DNA from: a candidate division FCPU426 bacterium
Lineage (GTDB): Bacteria; Oederibacteriota; Muellerivitia; Muellerivitales; Muellerivitaceae
Assembly (NCBI GenBank): GCA_003136635.1
Contig: PLFD01000013.1
Coordinates: forward strand, 54,196-118,195
Length of the DNA stretch: 64,000 nt
Direction of reading: 5' to 3'
Part shown: piece after piece, positions 38,444 through 48,258 of the stretch
Layout of the letters: every line of letters begins with the position of its first letter
How positions within the stretch are numbered: position 1 is the first letter of the stretch
Notes under the pieces: model-generated
What the model saw: the letters and a program-made list of their open reading frames with translations, nothing else
What the model was told of the DNA's origin: nothing
Database searches by the model: none
Program-made: the position numbers and the translations under genes

Positions 38444-39218
38444 AATCCGCCAGCTCCCCACTTTCGCCCGTATGGTCAGCGCCATTTGGTACAGGCATTA
38501 CCGGGTTTATCAAAATAATTTTTGGACCAACTCCTTTCCCACCGTTCTGGAACCGCTGATTTTCATCTTGGCCGTGGGCTGGGGACTGGCCAGCGCGGTG
38601 GGAACCATGGATGGGATGGACTATTTGACTTTCATCGCTCCTGCCCAGGCAATGATGGCAGCCGTATATACCTCCGCCTTCGAGGAATCCTACGGGACTT
38701 ATTTCCGCATGATGGTGGATCATAATTACGACGCGATGATTTCAACCCCCGTGGGAGTCAACGAGGTTTTTTGGGGAGAACTGCTCTATACCGGAACCAA
38801 AGGATGGTTTTTTTCCCTGGTGGTTATTGTGGTTTTATCTTTCTTTGGTGTCATTCATTCGGCCTGGGCCGTCCTGGTGCCGTTTGTGGGGTTTTTCACG
38901 GCTGTGGCTTTTGGAAGTTTGGGACTTTTCGCCGCTCGGCTGGTGAAAAATATAAATCAATTTAATTTCTTTATCACCGGAGTCATATCACCGTTGATTC
39001 TGTTTTCCGGAACGCTTTTCCCCGTGGATAAATTGCCGCCCGTTGTTTCTATCGTGGCAAAAATGCTGCCGCTTTATTACTTTATCGACGTGTCCCGTAT
39101 GCTCACAACCGGTAGGTTCACCAGTGATCTTTATATCGCCGTTCCCTATTTGCTGGTCGTTCCTTTTATTCTGGGAGCCTTCGCGGTGAACTCTATGAAT
39201 AAAAAGCTAATACAGTAA
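38430..39218 (+). CDS. ABC-2 family transporter permease
   Basis: 262 aa with 6 TM helices. Its start overlaps the stop of the ATPase gene. Confidence 0.7.
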   Translation: MSPNKIRQLPTFARMVSAIWYRHYRVYQNNFWTNSFPTVLEPLIFILAVGWGLASAVGTMDGMDYLTFIAPAQAMMAAVYTSAFEESYGTYFRMMVDHNYDAMISTPVGVNEVFWGELLYTGTKGWFFSLVVIVVLSFFGVIHSAWAVLVPFVGFFTAVAFGSLGLFAARLVKNINQFNFFITGVISPLILFSGTLFPVDKLPPVVSIVAKMLPLYYFIDVSRMLTTGRFTSDLYIAVPYLLVVPFILGAFAVNSMNKKLIQ

Positions 39219-39231
39219 TTCAAATCAAAAT

Positions 39232-41433
39232 CTAACGGCCCCTAATGGGACCAAAAGCGGTCGGCGGCACCACTTCCCATTGATTTTGACCCGGAATCAT
39301 CCAGACCAAATGGACGGATATCAAATCCCCTTCCGTCTTTTTGTATTCCACCTGTATTGAATGAAAACCCTTTTTCATTGAAACGCTTTCTTCTTCCGGC
39401 TTTTCAGTATTAAAAACCTCCCTCCCATCCACCTTAATCAGGGCTTTATCCGTGGTTAAAAGCCGTATTCGATAGGTTCCGCCTGCTTCAATAAGCATCC
39501 GTCCTTTCCAGCGGATAAAAAAGGGCGGGTAATTCTGAAAAGGAAAATCGTGTTTGGACGTGAAATTTAAAACCGGGTCTTGGCGGCTTAAAACCGGGTT
39601 GTCCATAGCGTCTGTAGCATTCCAATAGGTTCCCGTCAGTCCTCGATTCCATTTTTTAAACTGTCTTAAGTAATCCGCTGGTACGTCATATCGGTAAAGC
39701 AAAACATGGCCCTCTGAATTTTTGAGAAGAATTTCGTGTCCCTCAGGGAAAAGGGTTTTCAAAAACTCAAACCCGGCTGTTTTGTTCTGCTCCATAAAAA
39801 ACACGGCGTCTTTGTCTGTTGGAAAATCGCCCTGGGCCAGTGCGGTTAAATCCAGCGGAGAGCTTTCCGCCATGCCCTGATAACCCAGAAAACGGACCAC
39901 ATGATTGTCAAAATAAAAGGGCGTAATGAAGAAATGAAAGCGCCCCGGCGACGCCTTTTGAAGGTCGCCGATAGTTTGGCCTATGGTCGCCTGCTCCAAC
40001 CCCAAGCTGAGGCGGCAATCCTCGTTGTTCGCTTGTTCCACAAAATAGCTGTAAGTATTTTGCGCGGTGATCGCCGTTAAGACTGCCGCGACGATAATCG
40101 CGCTTATTTTCTTTCCCGAAGGAAAAAATTTTTCCAGATAACTCCAGATCAATTCCAAAAAAGAACCCGCGAAGTAAGCCGTGAAGGCAGTTAAAACCAC
40201 TAACCGATTGGAGTTGTTAGGCTGATTGGAGAGAAGTCCTGCGAGGGCCAAGACAAAAAAACCCGCCAGAGCGTAAAAGGAATCCCGATGTTTACGCCGA
40301 CAAAAAGCTAAACCCAACCCTAAGATAAAAAGAATGCCCGTCACATCGTCTAACATTCGGTGTCCAGAAATATTATGGCGAGCGATTTCATCCCCCGTTC
40401 GATTAAACATTAACGCGTTACCAACCCAAACATCCCAGAGCGGCCTTAAACTTTTTTGTTCTAACAGCGTATTGCCGATAAAGACATCACGTTCCCGGTT
40501 TCCCAGTGTTTTTTCCTGCCAAAAATAATGAAGCAGAGGCAACGCCAATACAAAAACGATCAAAAAATAACAAACGATCGTGGAAAATCGGATGGGATTC
40601 CCTTTGCGGTTTCGGGAATATTCCGCCGCCGCGTAAATCAAAAAAAGAAAGGGGACGAGTTTGAAAGCCTGATAGGTATAAAGACCTGCGCCCATAAAAA
40701 ACGCGGATAAAATAAAAGCCCAGATTTTTTCCTTCTGAAGTCCATAAACCCAAAAACACATAGCGCCAAATAGATAAAAGATCACTTCACTGCTGGGATA
40801 ACCAGTACGGGTCTCAATCCAGCTCCAACGGGTAACCGCCAAGATGAACAAAGAAAGAAGCGCGGTTTTCGAGCCGGAGAGCTGGCGGATGGTGGCGTAA
40901 AAGAAAACAAAAGCGAAAAGGGCTTGAAGCGTGAAAAAAAAATGAAAATTAAAGAGTGAATCCCCGACCCAGTGGAACCAAACGGCGAGCTGATAAAAAA
41001 GTAAAACTTCAGGGATCTGGTAGTTGAAAATTTCGTAGAAAGGCCGCCAACCCTCATGTTCGATGCGAAGAGCGCATAAACCGGTCAATCCCTGATCGGT
41101 ATGCATTCCAGCGGGCAAAACATCAATCCGATAAAGGCGAAAAAAACAGGCCAAACCCAGAATCAAAACCAGAAAAAAACTTTCGGTCTGGGTGGATATT
41201 GGCCGCAAAGGTAACTTAGCCGACGAAAAAAAGGATTTTAATTCCCAAAGAGCTAAACCGTAAAAAAACAACCCCATCCAGAGCGTGTAAGGTCTGTCCG
41301 CTTGTGCTATAAAAAATTGACCCGTAACGGCAAAGAGGGTCAAAAACCTCAGGGAAACTTTGGAACTTTGAGATGAATTCGTCAGGGACACGCAAAACTC
41401 CAAATCAGAAGAGAAATAAGACGCTTTCATCAT
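39232..41433 (-). CDS. GT-C (GT39/ArnT-PMT-like) membrane glycosyltransferase with C-terminal PA14-like domain
   Basis: The N-terminal polytopic region resembles the two paralogs at 124..4673. The C-terminal ~170 aa matches a PA14/GLEYA pattern (GGTYRIRLLTTDKALIKVDGREVF...VHLVWMIPGQNQWEVVP). Confidence 0.6.
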   Translation of the reverse strand: MMKASYFSSDLEFCVSLTNSSQSSKVSLRFLTLFAVTGQFFIAQADRPYTLWMGLFFYGLALWELKSFFSSAKLPLRPISTQTESFFLVLILGLACFFRLYRIDVLPAGMHTDQGLTGLCALRIEHEGWRPFYEIFNYQIPEVLLFYQLAVWFHWVGDSLFNFHFFFTLQALFAFVFFYATIRQLSGSKTALLSLFILAVTRWSWIETRTGYPSSEVIFYLFGAMCFWVYGLQKEKIWAFILSAFFMGAGLYTYQAFKLVPFLFLIYAAAEYSRNRKGNPIRFSTIVCYFLIVFVLALPLLHYFWQEKTLGNRERDVFIGNTLLEQKSLRPLWDVWVGNALMFNRTGDEIARHNISGHRMLDDVTGILFILGLGLAFCRRKHRDSFYALAGFFVLALAGLLSNQPNNSNRLVVLTAFTAYFAGSFLELIWSYLEKFFPSGKKISAIIVAAVLTAITAQNTYSYFVEQANNEDCRLSLGLEQATIGQTIGDLQKASPGRFHFFITPFYFDNHVVRFLGYQGMAESSPLDLTALAQGDFPTDKDAVFFMEQNKTAGFEFLKTLFPEGHEILLKNSEGHVLLYRYDVPADYLRQFKKWNRGLTGTYWNATDAMDNPVLSRQDPVLNFTSKHDFPFQNYPPFFIRWKGRMLIEAGGTYRIRLLTTDKALIKVDGREVFNTEKPEEESVSMKKGFHSIQVEYKKTEGDLISVHLVWMIPGQNQWEVVPPTAFGPIRGR

Positions 41434-41622
41434 AACTGATAAAACAAAGTTTTAATCTTGAGGAAAAATGAGTTTGGGGCTTAACCCTTCCTTTGATGAA
41501 CACGATAAACAATGGGCAGGATAAATCCCCGTTTTTGATTTTTCTATTTCAAATAATGAAATGGGGAGTTCAACAATCTGTTAGGATAAGCCTTTATATT
41601 ATTACGCAAAGGGTTTCTCAAT

Positions 41623-42189
41623 TTGGTGAAACATACGAGCTCTTCAACTCTATCCAGTTTCATCTTCCCTCGTCTTATCGGTTGGACTTTTCTTATCTCG
41701 CTCGGCGCTCTTTTATTCTACGGCCTGATTTCGTTACCGCCTTTAGGGGATGCCAATCCCACCTTTCATGTGGCTTCCCGCTATTTAGATCATGGCGCGG
41801 AAGAGACTGGATTCACCTCTCCCTTTTTATCGGTTTTACTCGACTATCGGAGTTTTGATTTAATCCTTTTTGATTTATTTTTTCTCGCTTTGACTTTGAC
41901 GATTTTGTTGTTCCACGTGGTGGAGAATTTGCCCATTCGTCCTTCAGACTGGATCTGGGCCTGCGTTTCCCTATTTTCTTCCTTAATGCTTTTCGTTTTG
42001 GGCTGGATGGGTTTAAAAAACGGCAGTAATTTCATGGATTATGAGTTTTGGTCGGGCATTTTGGGCGCGTTTTCCCGGGTTCACGGTGCCTGGATCACGG
42101 GTGGACTGGTGTTATTAACCATCCTGGCTTCTTTAAGGTGGGCTTGGAAAACTTTGGTTTTGGGAAAGAAGAAGCGGCTTGATCCTTAA
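41623..42189 (+). CDS. MnhB/MrpB-like antiporter-complex subunit
   Basis: An MnhB-domain motif (SPFLSVLLDYRSFDLILFDLFFL) in a TM-rich protein. Confidence 0.65.
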   Translation: MVKHTSSSTLSSFIFPRLIGWTFLISLGALLFYGLISLPPLGDANPTFHVASRYLDHGAEETGFTSPFLSVLLDYRSFDLILFDLFFLALTLTILLFHVVENLPIRPSDWIWACVSLFSSLMLFVLGWMGLKNGSNFMDYEFWSGILGAFSRVHGAWITGGLVLLTILASLRWAWKTLVLGKKKRLDP

Positions 42190-42499
42190 TACTCTTTTGA
42201 TCATCCGAATTTCAATCCTCCTCTTAGGCTTAACCGCTTTTTACCGTCTTTTCGCATCAACCCATTTGGTAAAAAAAATCGCGGCCTGGGCGGTTTTTCA
42301 GGCCAGTATCGTTTTGTTATGGCTCTCCGCTTCTTCTCATTACCACGGACAGGAAAATCCAATTCCCCGGGTTGTTGCTTTTCTGATCGGTGTTTTTTCT
42401 ATGGGTATTTTAGGAATAATGCTGATATTCGCTTTGGGTGTTTTGAGAAGACGGGGCTCGTGGGAAATTGAAAACAAGGACGCGAAAAGGTCCACGTGA
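42179..42499 (+). CDS. MnhC/MrpC (NuoK-like) subunit
   Basis: 106 aa and 3 TM helices. It overlaps the upstream gene and is followed by the NuoN-like subunit. Confidence 0.6.
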   Translation: MILNTLLIIRISILLLGLTAFYRLFASTHLVKKIAAWAVFQASIVLLWLSASSHYHGQENPIPRVVAFLIGVFSMGILGIMLIFALGVLRRRGSWEIENKDAKRST

Positions 42500-44004
42500 A
42501 AGAACACTTACCTATTTTAATTTTAATTCTTCCTTTGGTCTCGGTTCCATTTATAGCGGGGTTGTCTTTTACCTCAAACTGGATGAATCGGCTTTTTGTT
42601 TTAATTGTTTTTACGACAGGCTGGGTTTTCGGATGGGAAACCCTGGAAGGCGTTTTATCCAATGGATTATCGTTCTACAACCTTGGCGGCTGGGCCGCTC
42701 CCTGGGGAATAGAAGTGGTCCTAACCCCCTTCACCGTTTTTCTCGCCGGATGGATTTGGCTGATTGGAATGTCAACCTGGTTTTACGGCTTGCCCTATTG
42801 GATTCTTCAGCGTAAGGAATCCGTGAAAGAAGGTTTATTTAACGCTTTTCTTTTTTTACTCCTCGGCTCGGTTTTGGGACTTTTATTTCTTCGGGATCTA
42901 TTGAGTCTTTATTTTTGCTTGGAAACAGCTTTAGCGGCGGCGGCGGGTTTGATGGTGGTGGGACAGGCAAAAAACTGGGCGGATGGATTTTATCTCTTCT
43001 TTTGGGGCAGCGCCGGAGCTTCTCTTTTACTCTTGTCCGCTTTTTTCCTATACGCCTCAACCGGAACCCTCAATTTGGACGATCTTTTATCCCAAATTTT
43101 CATTTCCAAAAACGCCGCCGTCGTTCTGACCGCCGGTCTATTGAGCGTCTTTGCTTTTGTTGTGCCTCTCACATTCCCCTTACCCTCTTTCTTCTCCCGA
43201 TTAGTGAGTCAAACCCCCTCCTTTGTCATGGGATTGCTTTCGTCCATCCTAGTGCGGAGCTTGGTCTATCTCCTTTTTATTCTTTTGTTTTTCACACTGA
43301 ATTTGCCAGGCTTCCATCAACCCTTTTGGATCTTGGGATTCGAATATCTTCTGATTCCTCTTTTATTTTGGAACTTTGTTTTGGCTTTCCGTCAAAATGA
43401 TTTTCAGCAATCAATAGCTTTTATTGGCGTGGCTCAATTGGGGTTTCTTTTCGTAGGTTTTTTTTTAGGAAATAAAAGCGCCCTCACCGGAAGCTTGCTC
43501 GAACTTTTAAATCAACTGCTGATAGTGGCCGGATTATTTTTCATCGCCGGAACTCTTCGTGCCACTCCAGGCGTTCTGCCCTTATCTCGTTTGGCGGGAT
43601 TGGGCCGTCAAAGACCCTGGACGGGATTGGCCTTGATTGTTTTCGCCGCGTCTTTGGTGGGCATTCCTCCCACTTGCGGATCCCTAGGAAAGTGGTACTT
43701 AATTCAAGGAGCTCTTGAAAGAAATAATTGGATTCTCTTGGTTCTGGTGGCCGCAACCGTATTGTTAAATCTTTTTTATTTCATCAAGCTGATCGTTTTA
43801 ATCTATGAACACCGGGATGCGGCCGCAACGGAATCTTCATCCATCGCGTCGAAAATTCCGATTTTGATTCTAGCCTTGGGCATAATTATTCTGGGTGTCT
43901 TTCATCAAACCGTTATAGATCGTTTTATCGAACCGGCTTTGCCAAAAGCTTTTCAAAATATTTCCATACCGAACGTGCCGTTCCTCGGTAAACAAGTCGA
44001 ATAA
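42496..44004 (+). CDS. MnhD/MrpD (NuoN/NuoM-like) proton-pumping antiporter subunit
   Basis: 502 aa and about 14 TM helices with the NADH-dehydrogenase-chain-N/M-like fold. Confidence 0.75.
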   Translation: MKEHLPILILILPLVSVPFIAGLSFTSNWMNRLFVLIVFTTGWVFGWETLEGVLSNGLSFYNLGGWAAPWGIEVVLTPFTVFLAGWIWLIGMSTWFYGLPYWILQRKESVKEGLFNAFLFLLLGSVLGLLFLRDLLSLYFCLETALAAAAGLMVVGQAKNWADGFYLFFWGSAGASLLLLSAFFLYASTGTLNLDDLLSQIFISKNAAVVLTAGLLSVFAFVVPLTFPLPSFFSRLVSQTPSFVMGLLSSILVRSLVYLLFILLFFTLNLPGFHQPFWILGFEYLLIPLLFWNFVLAFRQNDFQQSIAFIGVAQLGFLFVGFFLGNKSALTGSLLELLNQLLIVAGLFFIAGTLRATPGVLPLSRLAGLGRQRPWTGLALIVFAASLVGIPPTCGSLGKWYLIQGALERNNWILLVLVAATVLLNLFYFIKLIVLIYEHRDAAATESSSIASKIPILILALGIIILGVFHQTVIDRFIEPALPKAFQNISIPNVPFLGKQVE

Positions 44005-44076
44005 ATCTTTTTAGAAAGGGAGTTGTTTAGAAATAAAAAGCCGGACCTTTTTAAAAGATCCAGCTTTTTAGAAAAA

Positions 44077-44319
44077 CTAAGGCAAACTTTTGTGCGTACC
44101 GTCACAGTATGGTTTGTTGTTCGAGTGTTTGCATTGGCATAAATAAGCGGTTTTCTTTTCCTCCGCTTTAAAAATAAGAGGTGTGAACTCGCTTCCGCTG
44201 TGTGAACCGTCGCAAAAAGGCTGCGATTTCGAATGGCCGCAGGCGCACCAAGCGTATGTTTTCCCGGCTTCCAATTCCACAGCGATGGGAGCTTTAGCTG
44301 CCACATGAGGCTCGGACAT
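44077..44319 (-). CDS. CDGSH iron-sulfur domain protein (two CDGSH motifs)
   Basis: Two zf-CDGSH motifs: CACGHSKSQPFCDGSH and CQCKHSNNKPYCDGTH. Confidence 0.8.
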   Translation of the reverse strand: MSEPHVAAKAPIAVELEAGKTYAWCACGHSKSQPFCDGSHSGSEFTPLIFKAEEKKTAYLCQCKHSNNKPYCDGTHKSLP

Positions 44320-44444
44320 AGATATTCTCCTTGAGTCGATTTGGGTGTTTTGCCTGACACTATGGTAAGGTTTTGCCGTCTAAAAATACATCACCGAACG
44401 AGCTTTTGCGTTACGGTCGAGTAACTCCTCTTGAGGATTTGATG

Positions 44445-45122
44445 AAATTGAATAGATCTTGCCTTCTGGGACTAGTGCTGACATTGACCCTGTTCTCTAA
44501 ACCATCCGGATGCTGGGCCGTGCCGACAGAAGAGGATGACAGCCGATTAACCGTATGGTGGACCAGCGGTCCCGTCACGGCTTATCACGACGAAAGAGAT
44601 GAAACCGCTCGTCTTCGCATCGCCGAATCGGTAGACGATGGCGATAATATTTTGACCGGCGCGAAAGGGGAGGCTCTTTTAAGACTACCGGGAAAAGCTT
44701 ATATTTTTCTCGGACCTCATACGAAAATTCATATCAGCCGCTTAAGATCCGAAGATAAAAATTTACAGGTCCGGTTAAATCTCTTAACCGGCGATCTCTG
44801 GTGCCAATTAGATCAAGCTCCGCAAAATATGACATTTGAGGTTTCGATGCAAAGTTTGATCTGCCGCTGTCACGGAATTCTTTTTGAGGCTATCCGCCAG
44901 AAAAACGCGGTCAGACTCAACGCTTTTAACGGGCCGGTGGTAACTGTTTCCCGAGGACAGGTCAAAATAGCGAAAACTGGAGAAGTAACCCAATATATTC
45001 AGGACAAATTCAGCTATAAACATCGTTTAAAAAATTCCGATGACGACCTCTTGGATCAATGGAAAACCCATTTGGCCGACATTTTGGCTAAAACTCCCGT
45101 GAAAAACTCGGTAAATCCTTGA
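44445..45122 (+). CDS. Secreted FecR-domain protein
   Basis: The start at 44445 has a gagga RBS and a signal peptide. It has a FecR-like beta-rich domain. Confidence 0.6.
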   Translation, partial: KLNRSCLLGLVLTLTLFSKPSGCWAVPTEEDDSRLTVWWTSGPVTAYHDERDETARLRIAESVDDGDNILTGAKGEALLRLPGKAYIFLGPHTKIHISRLRSEDKNLQVRLNLLTGDLWCQLDQAPQNMTFEVSMQSLICRCHGILFEAIRQKNAVRLNAFNGPVVTVSRGQVKIAKTGEVTQYIQDKFSYKHRLKNSDDDLLDQWKTHLADILAKTPVKNSVNP

Positions 45123-45234
45123 TTTCGTGAATTAACCTAATCGCCATCATAAAGAGGTTATAATATGTAGCCCATGATTAATAAGCTTTGTGGGAATGTC
45201 GTTATAAAACCCAAATTGGGCGGAGGATTTTTAA

Positions 45235-46296
45235 ATGTCTTTTTTGAACAGGGTATTAGATCCACCCTCTTATGGCTACCTGAAGGATGAAAAGTTGTAT
45301 GTTCCAACCCAGGGAGAACTGGTTCGCGAGTTTTTCGCTAGGCTGAATATTTTTAAATCCAGAAAAAACTGGTTACCGCTTTTTAGCTGGCTTACCATTC
45401 TTTTTTTCGCGCCTTTTCTCTTCGTGTTTCTTTTTCACTATTTCACCTGGAAGCTTTTTATCATTGCCTTTATTTACAGCATGGTCATTTTGGGCACCCA
45501 TGGAACCATTTATTTACACCGCTATGGAACCCATCACGCTTTCACCTTCTCCCATAAAATTTGGCTTTTTATTGTCCGTCAGATGGTTATCAAGCTAATT
45601 CCGGAGGAAGTTTATATTGTCTCCCACCATGTGCATCACCAGTTCTCGGAAAAACCAGGAGATCCCTATAACGTCCACGGTGGATGGCTTTATTGCTTTT
45701 TGGCGGATGTAAATCATCAGGCTATTGCCCGAGACATGGACCGCAAGGATTACATTCGAACCGCGGCCCTGGTTCAACACACGGGTGTCAAGGTCAACAG
45801 CTACGAACAATATCTAAAATGGGGTTCGATTTGTCACCCCTTCTGGACGATTTCCCACTTCCTCCTCAACTGGGCTTTTTGGTTTACGGTTTTCTATTTT
45901 ATCGGCGGCATGCCCCTGGTCTGTGCCATCTTTGGCGGAGCGGCTTTTTGGGCCGTCGGGGTTCGCACTTATAATTACAGCGGCCATGGAGGCGGCAAAG
46001 ACCTTCGTAAAGAAGGCGACGATTTTGACCGCACCAACCTTTCCATCAATCAGCTTTGGCCTGGCTTGGTCACTGGTGAATGGCACAACAACCACCATTT
46101 GTACCCGAACGGCATTCGCGCGGGATTTTTACCCTATCAATGGGATTATGCGTGGCTTTTTATCTGCTTTTACCGCTCCATTGGCGGCATTGATACCTGG
46201 CGGGATCACAAGGACCAGTTTTATGCCAATCATTACGAGCCTTATTTGAAACAGAAGGCCATGGAACGGACCCAGGCGAAAACCGTCAAGTCCTGA
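45235..46296 (+). CDS. Membrane fatty-acid desaturase (three His boxes)
   Basis: His boxes HRYGTHHAF, HHVHHQFSE and HNNHHLYP, with 4 TM helices. Confidence 0.8.
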   Translation: MSFLNRVLDPPSYGYLKDEKLYVPTQGELVREFFARLNIFKSRKNWLPLFSWLTILFFAPFLFVFLFHYFTWKLFIIAFIYSMVILGTHGTIYLHRYGTHHAFTFSHKIWLFIVRQMVIKLIPEEVYIVSHHVHHQFSEKPGDPYNVHGGWLYCFLADVNHQAIARDMDRKDYIRTAALVQHTGVKVNSYEQYLKWGSICHPFWTISHFLLNWAFWFTVFYFIGGMPLVCAIFGGAAFWAVGVRTYNYSGHGGGKDLRKEGDDFDRTNLSINQLWPGLVTGEWHNNHHLYPNGIRAGFLPYQWDYAWLFICFYRSIGGIDTWRDHKDQFYANHYEPYLKQKAMERTQAKTVKS

Positions 46297-46379
46297 TTTA
46301 AGGCCGATCCTTCTTGACTCTCCCTTTAATTCATCCGAAAATTGCGTCCCTTATTTCTACTATGGAGTGTTGTTAAAGC

Positions 46380-48062
46380 ATGATCTCGGCAAAAGATATT
46401 ACCCTTCGATTCGGCAAGAAAACTCTTTTCGACAAAGTCACCGTCAAATTCAATCCCGGCTATTGCTATGGCCTCATCGGCGCTAATGGCGCGGGCAAAT
46501 CTACTTTTATGAAAATCCTGTCCGGCGAGATTAAAGCCGACGAAGGCGAAATCGCGGTGGATCGCGGCGTAAAAGTCGCGGTTTTAAAGCAGAACCAATA
46601 CGCCTATGACGAATATACTGTTTTAGAAACGGTTCTCATGGGCCGGGAAGACCTTTGGAAAGTTCAGCAGGAAAAAGACGCTCTCTACGCCAAAGCGGAA
46701 ATGACTCATGATGAAGGTATCCGCGTGGCCGAATTAGAATCCCAGTTTGGCGACATGGACGGCTATACCATTACGGCCGCCGCGGGCGAACTACTCGAAG
46801 GTTTAGGCGTAGAAACCGCGAAACACGACTGGAAAATGCAGCAACTTACCGGCGGATGGAAAGTCCGGGTTTTGTTAGCCCAGGTCCTTTACGCCAAACC
46901 CGATGTGCTGTTGCTCGACGAACCCACCAACAACCTGGATATTCGCACCATCGACTGGCTGGAAGAATATCTCAACAGCTATGAAGGAACCATTATTGTT
47001 ATCAGCCATGACCGCCACTTTTTAAATCACATTTGCACCCATATCGCTGACGTAGACCGGGAAAAGGTTACTGTTTACTCAGGTAACTATGATTACTTCA
47101 CCGCCGCTTCCAAACAAAACTTAGACGCGAAAATGACGGAGAACGTCCGTAAGGAAAAACAAATTGCCGAGCTAAAAGCTTTCGTTGCCCGCTTTTCGGC
47201 TAACGCCAGTAAAAGCGCCCAGGCCACCAGCCGCGCCAGGCTTTTGGAAAAAATCGAGTTGGAACAAATCATTCCCACAACCCGTCAATATCCCCGTCTT
47301 TTCTTTAAAGAAAAACAACCGGCCGGTAAGGACGTTCTTAATGTTAAAAGCATCAGCAAGAGCTATGGCGAATTAAAAGTCCTTAACAAGGTTAGCTTTA
47401 TCGTCGGCAATGGCGACAAAATTGCGGTCATTGGTCCCAACGGCGTGGGTAAAACCACTTTGGTCAAATGTCTGGTGGGAACCTATCAGGCAGAGGGTTC
47501 GGATTTGGCTCAATGGGGTGTAAAAATTGATGAGGGCCAAGCGGCATGGGGAAGCACCGTAAGGCTCAGCAGCATGCCTCAGGACGTCAAAGAAGAGCTT
47601 ACCCGCGACATGACAGCGCTGGAATGGCTGCGCCAATTTGCGCCGCTCGAAGAAGGCCAAGTCATTCGAGGAATGCTGGGGCGCATGCTTTTTACCGGCG
47701 AAGAGCAGGACAAGAATGTGAAAGTTCTTTCCGGGGGTGAATGCCAGCGTATGGTACTGTCGCGGTTGATGCTGGAAGGCGGCAATGTGCTGATCATGGA
47801 CGAACCGACCAACCATATGGATTTGGAATCCATCGAGTCCCTCAGCACAGCCTTGGCGGAATACACCGGAACGGTAGTTTTCACCAGCCATGACCAGGAC
47901 TTAATCGGCAAAGTGGCCAACCGTATTTTGGAACTCAGACCCGATGGTACTTTTACGGATTTTAAAGGCAGCTACGCCGAATATGAAGATTGGCAGGCGT
48001 TGGAAGCCAAAAAAGCCAAAGAAGCGGCCAAAGCCGGTGCTAACAGGGTGCTGAAAAAATGA
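46380..48062 (+). CDS. ABC-F family ATPase (EttA/YbiT-like, two ABC domains)
   Basis: Tandem Walker A/B and signature motifs with no TM helices, about 560 aa. Confidence 0.85.
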   Translation: MISAKDITLRFGKKTLFDKVTVKFNPGYCYGLIGANGAGKSTFMKILSGEIKADEGEIAVDRGVKVAVLKQNQYAYDEYTVLETVLMGREDLWKVQQEKDALYAKAEMTHDEGIRVAELESQFGDMDGYTITAAAGELLEGLGVETAKHDWKMQQLTGGWKVRVLLAQVLYAKPDVLLLDEPTNNLDIRTIDWLEEYLNSYEGTIIVISHDRHFLNHICTHIADVDREKVTVYSGNYDYFTAASKQNLDAKMTENVRKEKQIAELKAFVARFSANASKSAQATSRARLLEKIELEQIIPTTRQYPRLFFKEKQPAGKDVLNVKSISKSYGELKVLNKVSFIVGNGDKIAVIGPNGVGKTTLVKCLVGTYQAEGSDLAQWGVKIDEGQAAWGSTVRLSSMPQDVKEELTRDMTALEWLRQFAPLEEGQVIRGMLGRMLFTGEEQDKNVKVLSGGECQRMVLSRLMLEGGNVLIMDEPTNHMDLESIESLSTALAEYTGTVVFTSHDQDLIGKVANRILELRPDGTFTDFKGSYAEYEDWQALEAKKAKEAAKAGANRVLKK

Positions 48063-48258
48063 TTTTTTACCCTGTCTACAGCCACGGGGTGGGAGCGAAT
48101 CAATCTTACCCTTTGTTTTTCAAAGGGTGATTTGCGACAAAAATACGAATCCCCGACCAGGGGATTCATCATACTGTATAAAAGTAAAAGGCTTGTCGGA
48201 GAGCTTTTCCATTCCGAGTATAATCACATCAACCATCATCCATCTTAAGGGGTAAAAA

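Noticed and set aside
41493-41858. ORF 41493..41858 upstream of and overlapping the MnhB-like gene
   Set aside because: It overlaps the better-supported MnhB-like frame (41623..42189) and its translation is low complexity. The 41434..41622 region is more likely the divergent promoter region.
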